DNA of 64,000 nucleotides, from positions 14,136,001 to 14,200,000 of the forward strand of contig JBHGNT010000012.1 in NCBI GenBank assembly GCA_043228905.1. The letters run 5' to 3'. The notes under the pieces were generated by a model that searched no databases, was not told the origin of the DNA, and saw only the letters and a program-made list of their open reading frames with translations. A program made the position numbers and the translations under genes. Positions 46,309-59,329 of this stretch are shown piece after piece. The first letter of the stretch is position 1; each line of letters starts with the position of its first letter. The stretch comes from Azolla caroliniana. Its lineage: Eukaryota; Plantae; Polypodiophyta.

Positions 46309-49300
46309 TGTCATGATATGGCAAGACTCAAACCCATGACCTTATGTTAGGTGGGTCAAGATCTTGACCATTAGACTATATGTTGTAATACGAAAGATAT
46401 TATTTTCATTTAAGTTTTACTATAGAAAATTGATTCCGTATTTCTCTGGAACATTCTAGAAACTTAAGGAGCACTCATGAGAATACTATAAAAGGAGGCG
46501 CAAGGAATTATTTCAAACCAAATCGGTTCAACGTTAGTCTTAAGCCTCCTAGCTACTATTGTATATTCTCTTAACATAAATTATATATATCTTTTGTTAT
46601 CATCATTCTCTCTCTCTCGATCTCTCTCTCACACACTCACTTTTTCCTTCTCTTGAGAGTTCTACACCTCCCTTAGTACTAATCCTCATCTTTTAGTACT
46701 AATTCCTTCTCTGTCTTAGTAATATTCCTGACAGTACTTCTCTATCTTAGTATTGTTCCTAACAGTTTGAACCGATTTCCGTCTCCTCCTCCTCTTCCTT
46801 TATCTTCTTGCTTCTCCCTCCCTTCATACTAATCTCTTATTCCTCTTTTCTCTCATACTATGGCCACTGTCAGCGCTCAAGAATATCAATCCGTTTTTCG
46901 AAGTTGCAATGCTTGAAAGAGAAGTTTCTCGCATTGGAACAAGAAAATCAACGACTGTTGGGGGAGCTTCAACAAATCTCCTTAGAGAAGCAGCTGACGC
47001 AAGAACATGGGGAACTAGCCTTATGCATGCAACAACTCGAAGCAACCATAGTAGTGATGCAACAACAAGGACCCAGTACGCAAGGGGTTCATAAAGAACC
47101 CAAGTTCGGCCTTCCCATGAAGAACCAAAGTCATTGACAGAAGCAATCAGTCGCGCGGTGAGATGTGACAATCGTCTTTTCGAACGAAGTTTGGAACGTC
47201 AGTTCTAGATGTGAAGGGCAAGATCAAAGCCCACCTACGCCTTAGTGGTAGCAAAACCTTTTCCAAGGGAGTCATATAATGTGTCTCTAGTGAATACTCC
47301 AACTCCGATGGAAATTGACACTACACGTCGTCACGGACCATTATCGAAAGAAGAAAAGCAGTGACGTCAAGAAAATTGACTATCTTTATTGCGGTGGACC
47401 AGGGCATATTGCAGTGAACTGTCCCCATAGGCCAAGAAGACAGGTAAACCAAATAGTTGCTAGTTCTAATTGTACTAAACCCGAGTCTATTTCAGTAGGA
47501 ATATCTAATAGTCCTAATAGTACTAATAGCGCAAATCTATCGAACAAATTTGATGTCCTTAGTCAGTTAGAAGAAGAGTTAAACAACTAAGTCCAGCCAA
47601 AATAGGAACTGTTTGGTTGGACAACCCTAGATCTGTGCAGCCCATTAGTTATTCCATTCCCTCTAAGCAAGTTAGCAATGTGTTGTTAGCCCAAGTAACA
47701 ATTAGTACTAAAAGTACCTCTCCATTACATGTCTCAACACTCCTAGATTCCGGAGCTAATTCTTGCTTCATGGATAGGAATTTTGCCCAAGCTCACCAGA
47801 TATCCCTAAGAAAACTCCTGTGTCCAGCCTCTATAGTAGTCATTGATGGTCGTCCCATTGCTTCTGGAAATATCATAGAAGTGTCAGAGCCCGTTAATAT
47901 TGTCCTAGATAATTTAGCGTTTGTAGTATCCTTTAATATAATTAGTATCCCAGAACATCCCATTGTTTTGGGATTACCATGGCTCGAATTACATAACCCA
48001 AACATAGATTGGAGAACAAGAGAAATCCGGTATCGACAAACCCGAGGATCTACTCATAAGATCGCAACCATTTCGCTACATCAGTTGCGTGAGGAAGGAC
48101 GCAAGGAAGAAATGCTTCTCTTCGCAGTATCAGTAAAACCCTCCAACACCATTAAAGAGGAGTCCATCGTTCAACTTCCAGAGAAGTATCGTCATTATGA
48201 TGATGTGTTTGATAAAGTACAAGCCAATACGCTTCCTCACGATCGACCGTATGATTGCCCCATCAATTTACAACCAGGAAAAGAGCCACCATGGGGACTG
48301 ATCTACAATTTGTCACCAACCGAGCTAGAAGTCTTCCGAGCCTATATAGAGGAGAATTTGGCAAATGGTTTCATTCAACATTTGAATCTCCAGCCGGCGC
48401 ACCCATTTTCTTCGTCAAGAAAAAGGATGGATCACTTCGACTTGTTGTAGATTACCGTGGCTTGAATAAGGTCACCATCAGGAATAGGTATGCACTTCCC
48501 CTTATCTCAAGACTTTTAGAACGGATCAATGGTGCAAGGTTCTTCACAAAGATCGACTTACGAGGAGCATATAACCTCGTATGGATCTGACCAAGAGACG
48601 AATTGAAGACCGCGTTTCGCATCAGATATGGCCACTTTGAGTATACAGTCATGCCATTTGGCCTCACAAATGCGCCAACAGTCTTCCAGCACATGGCAAA
48701 TGATATATTCCGAGATCTCTTGGATGTTTGTTTGATCATCTATTTGGATTATCTACTGGTTTATTCGAAGACCCAAGAAGAGCATGATTCTCATGTAATG
48801 TTAGTACTAAAACGACTTCGAGAACATGGCCTTTATGCAAAGCTAGAAAACAATAGTTTCAAGTGCAACCAGGTAGAATTTTTGGCCTATGTCATTTTCT
48901 CGGAAGGCATCTCCATGGATCCAGCTAAGATCAAAATGGTGGTAGCGTGGCAGACTCCGCGTTCGTTTGCAATGCTTTTTAGGCTTTGCCAATTTCTACC
49001 GCAATTTTATACAAGATTACTCAAAGCTTGTTCTGCCTCTCACACAGTTTACCAGGAAGGGACAATCTTTCGCTTGGTCTGAAGAAGCAGGCATCACTTA
49101 AGAACTCCTATTCTGGCTCATGTTGATACGGAAAAACCATTCATCATCGAAGCAGACGCGTCGGATTTCGCCTTGGGTAGCATTTTGTCACAACAAGGCG
49201 ATGATGAAAAGCTCCATCCTATGGCTTTCCACTCACGCAAGTTGGACGATGCTGAAATCAACTATGAAATTCATGATAAGGAGCTATTAGCAATAGTGGA

Positions 49301-52300
49301 CTCTTTTACGCAATGGAGGCATTTTCTAGAGGGATCTTCTCATCAAGTCACTGTATTCAATGATCACAAAAACCTTGCCTACTTTTAGAATGCTCGTGTA
49401 GTAAATCGACGTCAAGATCCATGGGCCCAATTCCTCACTTGTTTTGACTTCAAAATTACATATCGTCTGGGGAAGCAACAAGGGAAGGCGGATGCATTAT
49501 CACGACACTCGTAACTAGCACCGCGTCCTGACGAGCCAGCTTTCGATAACCAAAAGCAAGTAATCTTGGGACCGGCACGACTGCAAGCAATGCAGGTCTT
49601 CGGTATGCCCTTGAATTCCCACATTATCGATACCATATGTGAGGACTTGAAGAAAGATGCTTTCGCCCAAGCCATTCTAGCACAAATTGATCCCTCTCGA
49701 GCATCTTGTTCACAATCGCAACAACTAGGTATGGACTATCGACAATTCAAATGTCATGATGGATTACTATTCTTTAAGAAACTCTTGTATGTTCCTAATG
49801 GTTCTTGTCGCCTTCGAGTAGTCCAAAACTATTATGACACATATACAGTTGGGCATTTTGGTAGTACTAAAACATTAGATTTAGTACAACGATCATTTTG
49901 GTGGCCCCATATGTGACAATTTGTCGAAGATTTTGTTCGGACTTGTGATACATGTTGCAGAGCAAAAATGCCAAGGCATCATCCATATGGTTTATTAGAA
50001 CCATTATCAATTCCAAGCAATTTGTGGCAAATCCATTGCTCTAGATTTTATCACATATCTTCCGGTCTTTAATGGATTCAATGCGATCTTAACAGTAGTA
50101 GATCGATATACGAAGATGGCCCATTTCCTGCCATGTACTAAGGAAATCTCCAGTGAGGAAACCGTCGAAATTGTCATGTGTGAAGTATGTCGGCATCATG
50201 GCCTTCCCAATAGTATCATCAGCGACTGTGGACCCCAGATCATCTCGAAATTCTGGAAGAACCTCTTTAAAATGCTCAAGGTCACTTGTAACCTCTCCTC
50301 TGGCTACCACTTGCAAAAGACGGCCAATCAGAACAAACAAATCAAACGTTGGAGCAGTATCTTCTGTGCTTTCTATGCTATCATCTAGATGACTGGGTGG
50401 ATATTCTCCACTTCGCCGAATTTGCGTATAATAACTCTGTGCACTCATCGACAAAGGTTACACCATTTTATGCTTATATGGGCTATCACCCCCGGTGGTG
50501 TGTATTTGAAACCCTAGAGTTACCCACAAATCCTTGCGTAGAGGATCGTTTGGAGCGGTTACGCAAGATACAAGCGGATTTATCTACTCATCTACAACAA
50601 GCTCAACAAACACACAAGGTTTATGTGGATCGTCATCGGCTTCCATCTAGTTTTAACATTGGAGATGGGGTATGACTACTACGACGACACATCAAGACTA
50701 CTTGCCCATGCGAGAAGTTGGATTATCGGCAATTAGGTCCTTTCCGTATTATCAGAAAAATTGATGATGTCGTTTTTTGTCTCGATCTACCTCCACAACT
50801 TCAGATACATCCAGTGTTTCATAGTGTTAAGAATTGACGCTTTCAAAACCTTCACCTCTCGACCACAACCGAGGAAACACGAATCAATGCAGCAGAAAAT
50901 CAAAAACACAGAGAGAGACTCGAATGCACAGGGTTTAGCGTGGAAAACCCTAGACGGGAAAAAACCACGGGAGTGCAAGACTCCAACTATCACTATACGC
51001 AGGGAATGTACAATGGCGAGCTGCAAGGAGACGACCTTGAGCTCGCTGTCCTCGCCACAGGCGGCGGTATTACACAGAGGCGTCGACCTCTTCCTTTCTC
51101 TCTCTCTGCTGCTCTCACTTCGCTCCCTCTAAGTGGAAAACAGAAAAATGAGTAACAACTACAAAACTGTTTGCCCTAAGTCATATTTATACACATATGA
51201 CTTTCGGGCTATTTACAAATATAGCCTCAAGGGCCCTTGGCAAACATATTCACAAATATGTCCCCGCATCCGGATCTCTCTCCGGGTACATTCGTCATCC
51301 GGCTCTGTAGCCGGGGTCTTCATCATCCGGCTCCATAGCCGGGGTCTTCATCATCCGGATCTGGAACCGGGTCTTCATCATCCGGCTCCGGAACCGGGTC
51401 TTCATCATCCAGCTCCGATACCGGGTACTCCTCATTCGGGTCTTCATTCCCGATTCCCGGACATCCGACCATCCCATCCGGAGGGACCGTAATCCCAACA
51501 AACTCCCCCTTCACTTCGGCATGGGATGTCTTTCCAGTCCGACCCTCTTCCGGCACGCTTCCAACTTGTCGGGTGTGAGCACTTTGGTCAGCATATCTGA
51601 CCCGTTCTCGTCCGTGTGGATCTTCGTCAGCACGAACTCCTGGTCTTCTATCCTTTCCCGGATCCAGTGATATCTTCGCTGGATGTGCTTCGTCCGGGAG
51701 TGATAGGCCGCGTTCTTCGCAAGGTGGATGGCACTCTGACTGTCGCAGTAGAGTCGGTACTCCTCCTGCCGGATACCGAGCTCTCTAATGAAGTCCTTCA
51801 TCCATATCATTTCCTTGCCGGCTTCAACAGCCGCCATGTACTCCGCCTCCGTGGTTGACAACGCAACCGTCTTCTGCAGCCTCGACTGCCACGAAACAAC
51901 TCCCCCTGCATACGTCATCACATACCCTGATGTGGACCGGCTGGTATCTACATCAGCCGACATATCCGAATCGGTAAAGCCGTCGAGTTCGGGCTTACCG
52001 GAGCCGAATCGGAGGCACACGTTTGCCGTGCCCTTCAGGTATCAGAGTATCCACTTGGCCGCGTTCCAGTGCTCTTTGCCGGGATTGCTCATGTACCGGC
52101 TCACCACTCCGACTGCATATCCTATGTCCGGTCTTGTACACACCATTGCGTACATCAAGCTTCCGACGGCAGAGGCATATGGTACTTTCATCATGTCCTC
52201 CTTCTCAGCCTTTGTCTTGGGGCTTTGCTTGCTGGACAACTTGCAGTTTGCCGGGAGGGTTGACCCGACCGGTCTTGCTTCCGACATGTTGAACCGGTGA

Positions 52301-55300
52301 AGCACCTTTGTCACGTACTTCTCCTGTGACAGCCACAACTGCTTCTTCTTCCGGTCCCGGATGATGTGCATCCCTAGTATTTGCCTCGCCGGACCCAGGT
52401 CCTTCATTGAGAAGGTTCGGTGAAGCGCTTTCTTCAGCATCCGTATCTTGACCTGGTCCCGTCCGACGATCAACATGTCGTCCACGTACAGGAGGAGTAT
52501 TAGAAAGTCTCCTCCTTCGAACTTCTTCACAAACACGAAAGTGATCGGACTGCGTTTTGTGGTACCCTTCGTCGGTCATGAAAGAGTCGAACTTCCGGTA
52601 CCATTGCCGGGGAGCCTGCTTCAGTACTTTCTTCTCGAATCCTTCCGGTTGCTGCATGTTGATCTCTTCTTCGAGGTCACCGTGAAGGAATGTCGTCTTC
52701 ACGTCCATCTGTTCTACCTCGAGGTCCATGCTTTCCGCTATGCTCAGCACCGTCCGGATGGAGGTCATCTTCACTACCGGGGCAAATATCTCGTCGAAGT
52801 CGACGCCCTTCTTCTGCTGAAACCCCTTCACCACGATCTTGGCTTTGTATCTCGGGGGGTTTCCGGCATCTCCCGGTTTCAGCTTGAACACCCACTTGCT
52901 TCGAAGTGCCCGCTTTCCTTTCGGCAACTCCACAAGTTCATATGTGTGGTTCTCATGCAGGGAATCCATCTCCTCCTGCATGGCACTTAACCACCTGCGG
53001 CTATGGGTGTCAAGCTTTGCTTCTTCAAAACTCTCCGGCTCCCCTTCGTCGGTTAGCAGCACGTGCTCTGGTTCCGGAAATCTCCGGGGGGGCCTTCTCT
53101 CTCTTAGAGGATATCTCCGTTCCGGAGCTTCGGTAACCGGCTCCTCCGTTTCCTCTTCATCCGAATCCATTTCGGGATCGGGGCCGGTTCCGGTATCAGT
53201 TTCATCTTCCTCAGCCGGTTCTGTTTCTTCACCGTCTTCGGCCGGATCCTCGAGTGCTAACCGGTCCCTTGTCGGTCGGGACTGCTCCTCATAGAGTTGA
53301 TCCTCACTGGTCGACTTGGAGCTCTTCATCTTCTTCTCCGACTCCCAGTCGGCGAGTGTCTTGTCCTCCATGAAGATGATATCACGACTCCGGAATATCT
53401 TTTTGTCGACCGGGTCCCATACACGGTAGCCGAACTCGCCATCGCCGTAACCGAGGAATATGCATGGCCGGGTCTTTGGATCTAGCTTTCCTCTCCGGTC
53501 CTTTGCCACATGCACATATACAAGACACCCGAACACCTTCAGATGCCGGTAGGATGCTTCCCTACCGGTCCACACTCTCTGCGGCGTGTCTCTGTCCAAA
53601 GGTACTGAGGGTGATCTGTTTATCACGTATGTCGCCGTCGACATTGCCTCAGCCCAAAACCCCTTGGGTAATTTCGCATGCGCCAGCATACTCCGGACCC
53701 TCTCCATTATGGTCTGGTTCATCCTCTCGGCCAGCCCATTCAGTTTCGGCGTCTTCGGCACAGTAAACTCGAGCCGGATTCCCTTCGAGCGACAATACTC
53801 CTCGAACTGCCCCCGGTATTCCCCTCCGTTATCCGCTCGTATCGCTTTCAGCTTTTTGCCGGATTCCCTTTCCACTCTCGCGTGGAGTTCTTTGAAGACG
53901 CACAACACTTGGTCCTTTGTCTTCAACGGTGCCGTCCACAGCTTCCGGCTGTGGTCATCAATGAATGTCACGAAGTACTGGGATCCGCCATGTGACTTCG
54001 TTTCTACTTGACACACGTCAGTGTGCACCAACTCCAATGGTGCGCTACGTCTCGTCGGTGGCCTTGAGTGGAAGGAGGTTCGGTTCTGCTTACCGGCCAG
54101 GCAATCGGTGCACTTCTCCACGTGCACATGCTTCACTGGAATAAGGTTGTCTTCTGCAAGCCTCTTCATCCCCTTCTCACTCATGTGGCACAGTCTCTTG
54201 TGCCACAGCTCACCGGCAGTGTCGGCTGCCACGTTCAACTCCTCCGGACACAACCAGGCATTCATAAGGTACAGTGTGTTGACTTTCCGGGCCCGAGCCA
54301 CTATCACGATCCCCTTGCTGAACTTCATTATGCCGTTCCGGATGCTACCTGTGTAGCCTTCATCGTCTAGCCTCCCGGCCGAAATCAGGTTCAATCGAAC
54401 CTCCGGAACGTGTCGGACATCCTTCAGCAACATTTTGCATCCGGTCGAGGTTGTCAACCACACGTCTCCTATGCCGGCAATCCGGCACGTACCTTCATTT
54501 CCCATCCGAACACAGCCATGCTCACCGGCTGTGTAGGATGAGAAGTATCTTCTTTCCGGGGTCAGGTGGAACGACGCTCCGGAATCGACCACCCAGGTAG
54601 TCTCATCGCCGGCAATGTTTAGTTCACCTTCTTCGGTGATGAGCATGATCTCCTCTTCACTTGCCGCGAGTGCCGTCGTTCCTTTCCGGTCCTGCTCTCG
54701 CCGATCCGAACCATTCCGGTCCGTGGCTCCCCGGTAAGCATCGTTCCGTTCCGAAGACTTCTTCGAATCGGTGTCGTCGGCTCCGTTGTCTTTTCGGTAA
54801 TGCCGACAATTCTTTCGGAAGTGCCCCGGCTTCCCACAGTGGAAGCATGTGGGCCTTCCTCTTGACTGCGACCGGGTCCCGACTTCTCCCGTCTTTGCGG
54901 ACTCCGGTTCCGTTGTCTTCCCCGATCCGATTCGGTAAGCAGCATCTTCGGATCGGAGGCCGGTTCTTTATCTCTCCGACGCGCTTCTTCGTTCAAAATG
55001 CTTGTCTTTACCGTTTGTAGGGACAAGTTATCTTCAGTGCAGGAGGTGCTGAGAGTCACCACCAAGTTCTCCCAGCTTGCCGGCAATGTACACATCAGGA
55101 TGATGGCTTGCATTGCGTCCTCCAACGGGAACTTGATCGCCGCAAGCTGGTTCACGAATCCCATGAACGTGCTTACGTGTTCCACCATACTCTCGCCGTC
55201 CCGGTACTTGAGGTTCACTATCTTCCTCATCAGGGAGGTCCGGTTCAACGCATTCTTCCTCTCGTAGAGGCCCGACAGCTTCTGCCACATCTCATATGCA

Positions 55301-56978
55301 TTGGTGTCGTTCGCCACATGTTGTAGAACGCTCACGTCGACGTATTGCCGAATGGTTGCAACGGCTTTCCGGTTCAGAAGCCTCCATTCCGTCTCAAGTA
55401 CCCCCTTGGGTATTTCCGACCTGTCGATCGGTTCATACAGGTCCCGAACAATGAGCAGATCCTCCATCTTTATCTTCCAGTCGGCGTAGTTCTGCGCATT
55501 CAGCACCATCATCCCCGGCTGCCCGCTGCTGCCGCCTTCCATTTTCTGCACTGCAGTCGCTCTGATACCAGATTGTTAGGAATTGACGCTTTCAAAACCT
55601 TCACCTCTCGACCACAACCGAGGAAACACGAATCAATGCAGCAGAAAATCAAAAACACAGAGAGAGACTCGAATGCACAGGGTTTAGCGTGGAAAACCCT
55701 AGACGGGAAAAAACCACGGGAGTGCAAGACTCCAACTATCACTATACGCAGGGAATGTACAATGGCGAGCTGCAAGGCGACGACCTTGAGCTCGTTGTCC
55801 TCGCCACAGGTGGCGGTATTACACAGAGGCGTCGACCTCTTCCTTTCTCTCTCTCTGCTGCTCTCACTTCGCTCCCTCTAAGTGGAAAACAGAAAAATGA
55901 GTAACAACTACAAAACTGTTTGCCCTAAGTCATATTTATACACATATGACTTTCGGGCTATTTACAAATATAGCCTCAAGGGCCCTTGGCAAACATATTC
56001 ACAAATATGTCCCCGCATCCGGATCTCTCTCCGGGTACATTCGTCATCCGGCTCCGTAGCCGGGGTCTTCATCATCCGGCTCCGTAGCCGGGGTCTTCAT
56101 CATCCGGATCCGGAATCGGGTCTTCATCATCCGGCTCTGATACCGGGTACTCCTCATTCGGGTCTTCATTCCCGATTCCCGGACATCCGACTATCCCATC
56201 CGGAGGGACCGTAATCCCAACACATAGTTCTCTCCTCGAACCCTATCAAGACAACACCATCCCAAGTCGTCTTAAACAACCTCCACCCCGATCAAACTTG
56301 AAGATGGACCTGAGTACGAGGTTGTCGTCATCCTCGATTCCAAGATTGTTCTCAACAAGTTCTACTATTTTGTCGATTGGCTAGGATATAGTCTTAGCGA
56401 GCGTACTTGGGAACCAATAGAGAATGTGAACAATGCTTGTGCTCTTCTTGAAGACTTCTATCGTCAATATCCAGACAAATTGGGTCCTCAATCCAAAACG
56501 ACTCGTGACACTCGTCGTTTTAAAGGGGAGATAATGTCATGATATGGCAAGACTCGAACCCATGACCTTATGTTACATGGGTCGAGCTCTTGACCATTAG
56601 ACTATATTTTGTAATACAAAAAATATTATTTTCATTTAAGTTTTACTATAGAAAATTGATGTATATTCCAGATTTCTCTGGAACATTCTAGAAACTTCAG
56701 GAGTACTCCTGAGAACACTATAAAAGGTGGCACAAGGCATTGTTTCAAACCAAATCGGTTCAAGGCCAGTCTTAAGCCTCCTAGCTACTATTGTATATTA
56801 TTTTAACATAATATATATCTTTCATTATCATCATTCTCTCTCTCACTCACTCACTCTTTCCTTCACTTGAGAGTTCTACACCTCCCTTAGTACTAATCCT
56901 CATCTTTTAGTACTAATTCCTTCTCTATCTTAGTATTGTTCCTAATAGCACTTCTCTGTCTTAGTAATATTCCTGATA
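46309..56978 (+). mobile_element. Complete but decayed Tcn1-like gypsy chromovirus with a nested copia
   Basis: LTRs 46309-46764 and 56535-56978, TSD GTTGG, PPT aaaggggagataa at 56522-56534. Motifs LLDSGANS, DLRGAYN, EADASDF, integrase core and chromodomain EYEV..ILDS..YFVDWLGY. Most of gag is deleted near 47120. Confidence 0.95.
50825..56222 (-). mobile_element. Full-length Ty1/copia element, family B
   Basis: LTRs 50825-51500 and 55574-56222, TSD CATAG, PBS at 55559-55570, PPT at 51501-51510. Gag-pol has frameshifts near 54880 and 52540, a small RT deletion near 52625 and a TGA at 52042-52044. Confidence 0.97.
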
Positions 56979-58339
56979 GTTGGAAGGCAATCGAACACGA
57001 TTGCAACATGATGTACACGGACTCCCACAGGTGCATCTGAATTGTGGCACAGACAATTCTGTCCAGCTTCTACCACTCAATCAGCTTGTATCCTTCTGGA
57101 GGGTTTTCATTCTCGACTGGATCGATCTGACCCTTGACTATTCGATAGTCTTGCATCTATTCCTTACAAACGTTGAAGTTCGATCCGTTGAACCTCCTCA
57201 GACTCATCTCTAACGAGCCGGATGTTGATACCATTTGTGTTGGTTGAATGGACTCTATTCGCAGTCGACTACAAATGGTGGTGAGAAGCAGCCAATTGGC
57301 TCTCTAGATGTTGTTCTGGTCGGATTTGAACACAAGTTGAATCGACTTCAACTATTGGCGAGTTCGGTCCGAAGTGACTACAGTCAATCGACTTAGTCGA
57401 ATAAGAGCCAAATTTGCCAATTTCGATTTCAAGTGTCAATTTTAAGATGCCGATCACAAATTTTGCATTGATTATCCAGGCCGATCCTGCTTCGGGTGAC
57501 TACAACGATGAGAGGGATGGAGCCGACTAGTCCTCCTAAATGTCGTTCAACCGAATGAAGCACGAATTGGGGAAGTTCCCTAGAGCCCAAACTGTTATGA
57601 GTGATTCAGACGAACGAGTGAATAGTGTCAATTGACCTATTCGATTGTCGTCTTATCCGATGTAGCACGATTGAGGCAGAGCCTTTAAAATAAAATCTCA
57701 CTCCGAGTGGCTACAATCACAGGGGTAAAGTACAGCCAACTTGGTTACTTTAATGGTGATTTAGAGCAATGGAGTGTAGTTTTTGTGGGTGTTTCTCTTC
57801 ACACAAAAAGTGATCTCATAGAGAGTTTCCAACTAAGATCTTCACGATGTACAGAGGGAGAGTTGTTGATGGAGACTAAGTAGACGGTGGTAGTAGAATT
57901 GAAAGAAACGCCAGGCTCTTATACCATATGTGGGGATTGTTGTCGTCTAGTGCGGAACAATCTCAACACTCCTCTCTATTGAAGGATCATTAACATGTAC
58001 TAGTTGAGTGGATTAATGGTTACAAGGAACTTAATCAAGTAACAAGATCAACACAAATTCAAGAAGAAGAGAGAGCAGAATGTTATGCACAAGGTGAACT
58101 TTATTATTCCAGCTCTACGGCTCAATATACAGAATGAACAACCACTTAAAGTAGGTTACAAAGTCACTTTCTATACTGACTAACTTAGGGCAATTGCCCT
58201 TCTTAGTATTTACAAAGATGTCTTAAACCTAGTGTGTACAAATGGGACAATGTGAATACATCCATTAAACACCCGTATTCGACAAAGATCTTTGGCTCTC
58301 CCAGTCCAACTACAACTGAAAGGTGTTGAGGCAATTGTT

Positions 58340-58787
58340 TCAATATGGAGAAAGCAGATGATTGACTCAAGGTTAAGAATCAGAATCGGACATGAGCCGA
58401 TCCAGAAAAATGAGCCGATTCGAACAAGTTGATTCGACCAACTCAGACAAGCCATCCCATATGATACGATCCAAACAACTAGCCGAATCAGGCTAGATCC
58501 CGACTTCACCTTTGCCGATTCATCCATATGCCGACCGAATTGTAATCATAACTTTAGATTAAAATTGTAATCTAGGATTAGGGGGAAGATAACCCCAAAT
58601 CATTGTATGTAGAAAGAGTAGTCCTTTTACGGGGGAGTTTGTTGGCATAAAAGGACATCTCCTTCTATCTTGTATCCTAAGTGTGAACACGTTCTTGAGC
58701 TAGGGCTTGAGTATATAAGCTCACCCTAACATTGTAACTATGTACTTCTTGAGTTCGAAGGTTAATGTAACATAGTCTTACTTTGAG

Positions 58788-58790
<3 letters not shown>
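58340..58790 (+). mobile_element. Copia 3' UTR, PPT and LTR start
   Basis: GGGGGAGTT followed by TGTTGGCATAA at about 58631-58650. Homologous to 10530-10860. Confidence 0.75.
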
Positions 58791-58792
<2 letters not shown>

Positions 58793-58850
<58 letters not shown>

Positions 58851-58910
58851 CTGTCACTCTCTATCTCCCTCTCTCTCTCTCCCTCTCTCTCTCTATGTGT
58901 GTGTGTGTGT
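58793..58910. repeat. Compound microsatellite (CT)n(CTAT)n(GT)n
   Basis: Directly visible in the sequence. Confidence 0.97.
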
Positions 58911-58934
58911 AATCGTGCATATCGTCTCCTACGT

Positions 58935-59238
58935 TGTTTGTGAGACTAGTCACAGGTCCTGAATCATCTTCCGCACTAATATCTCTACATATTATCTTCA
59001 ACAAAAACCACCGAAATCGTGGTGTCAAGCCTAACAATTGTATAAAAAAAACCATGTTTGAATCATAACTTATATAACTTCCCCATGTTTGTGAGACTAG
59101 TCGACAAGTCTTGAATCATCTTCTGCACCAACATCTCTACTATTATCTTCAACAAAAACCACCGAAATCATGGTGTCAAGCCTAGCAATTGTATTAAACA
59201 AACCATTTTTGAATCATAACTTATATAACTTCCCCATG
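58935..59238. repeat. Tandem duplication of about 151 bp
   Basis: tgtttgtgagactagtc starts at 58935 and 59086. Confidence 0.9.
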
Positions 59239-59329
59239 TATTTGTCTTAATCTCCTAGTTCCTCACCCCTTCTAACTACCCAATCCAAGGCCCCTACGGT
59301 TCCGCTTGAGCGACACATGCACAGGAAAA

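Larger units (their letters stand above)
45940..58200 (-). mobile_element. Old copia 5' portion (LTR from 57929, PBS, leader, gag) split by the gypsy at 46309-56978
   Basis: Minus-strand PBS TGGTATAAGAGC at 57915-57926. Gag reads FNGSNF..AFQL|WKTL..YNLRMKE..LLMSSLSPSWETFV across the TSD. Confidence 0.8.

Noticed and set aside
52038-52047. PBS-like GGTATCAGAG overlapping the shared TGA stop
   Set aside because: A 10-nt match that follows directly from the L-stop-Y codons and is not next to an LTR. Probably chance.
51600-55900. Many plus-strand ORFs over the copia elements
   Set aside because: They are antisense shadows of GC-rich gag-pol coding sequence with no recognisable motifs.
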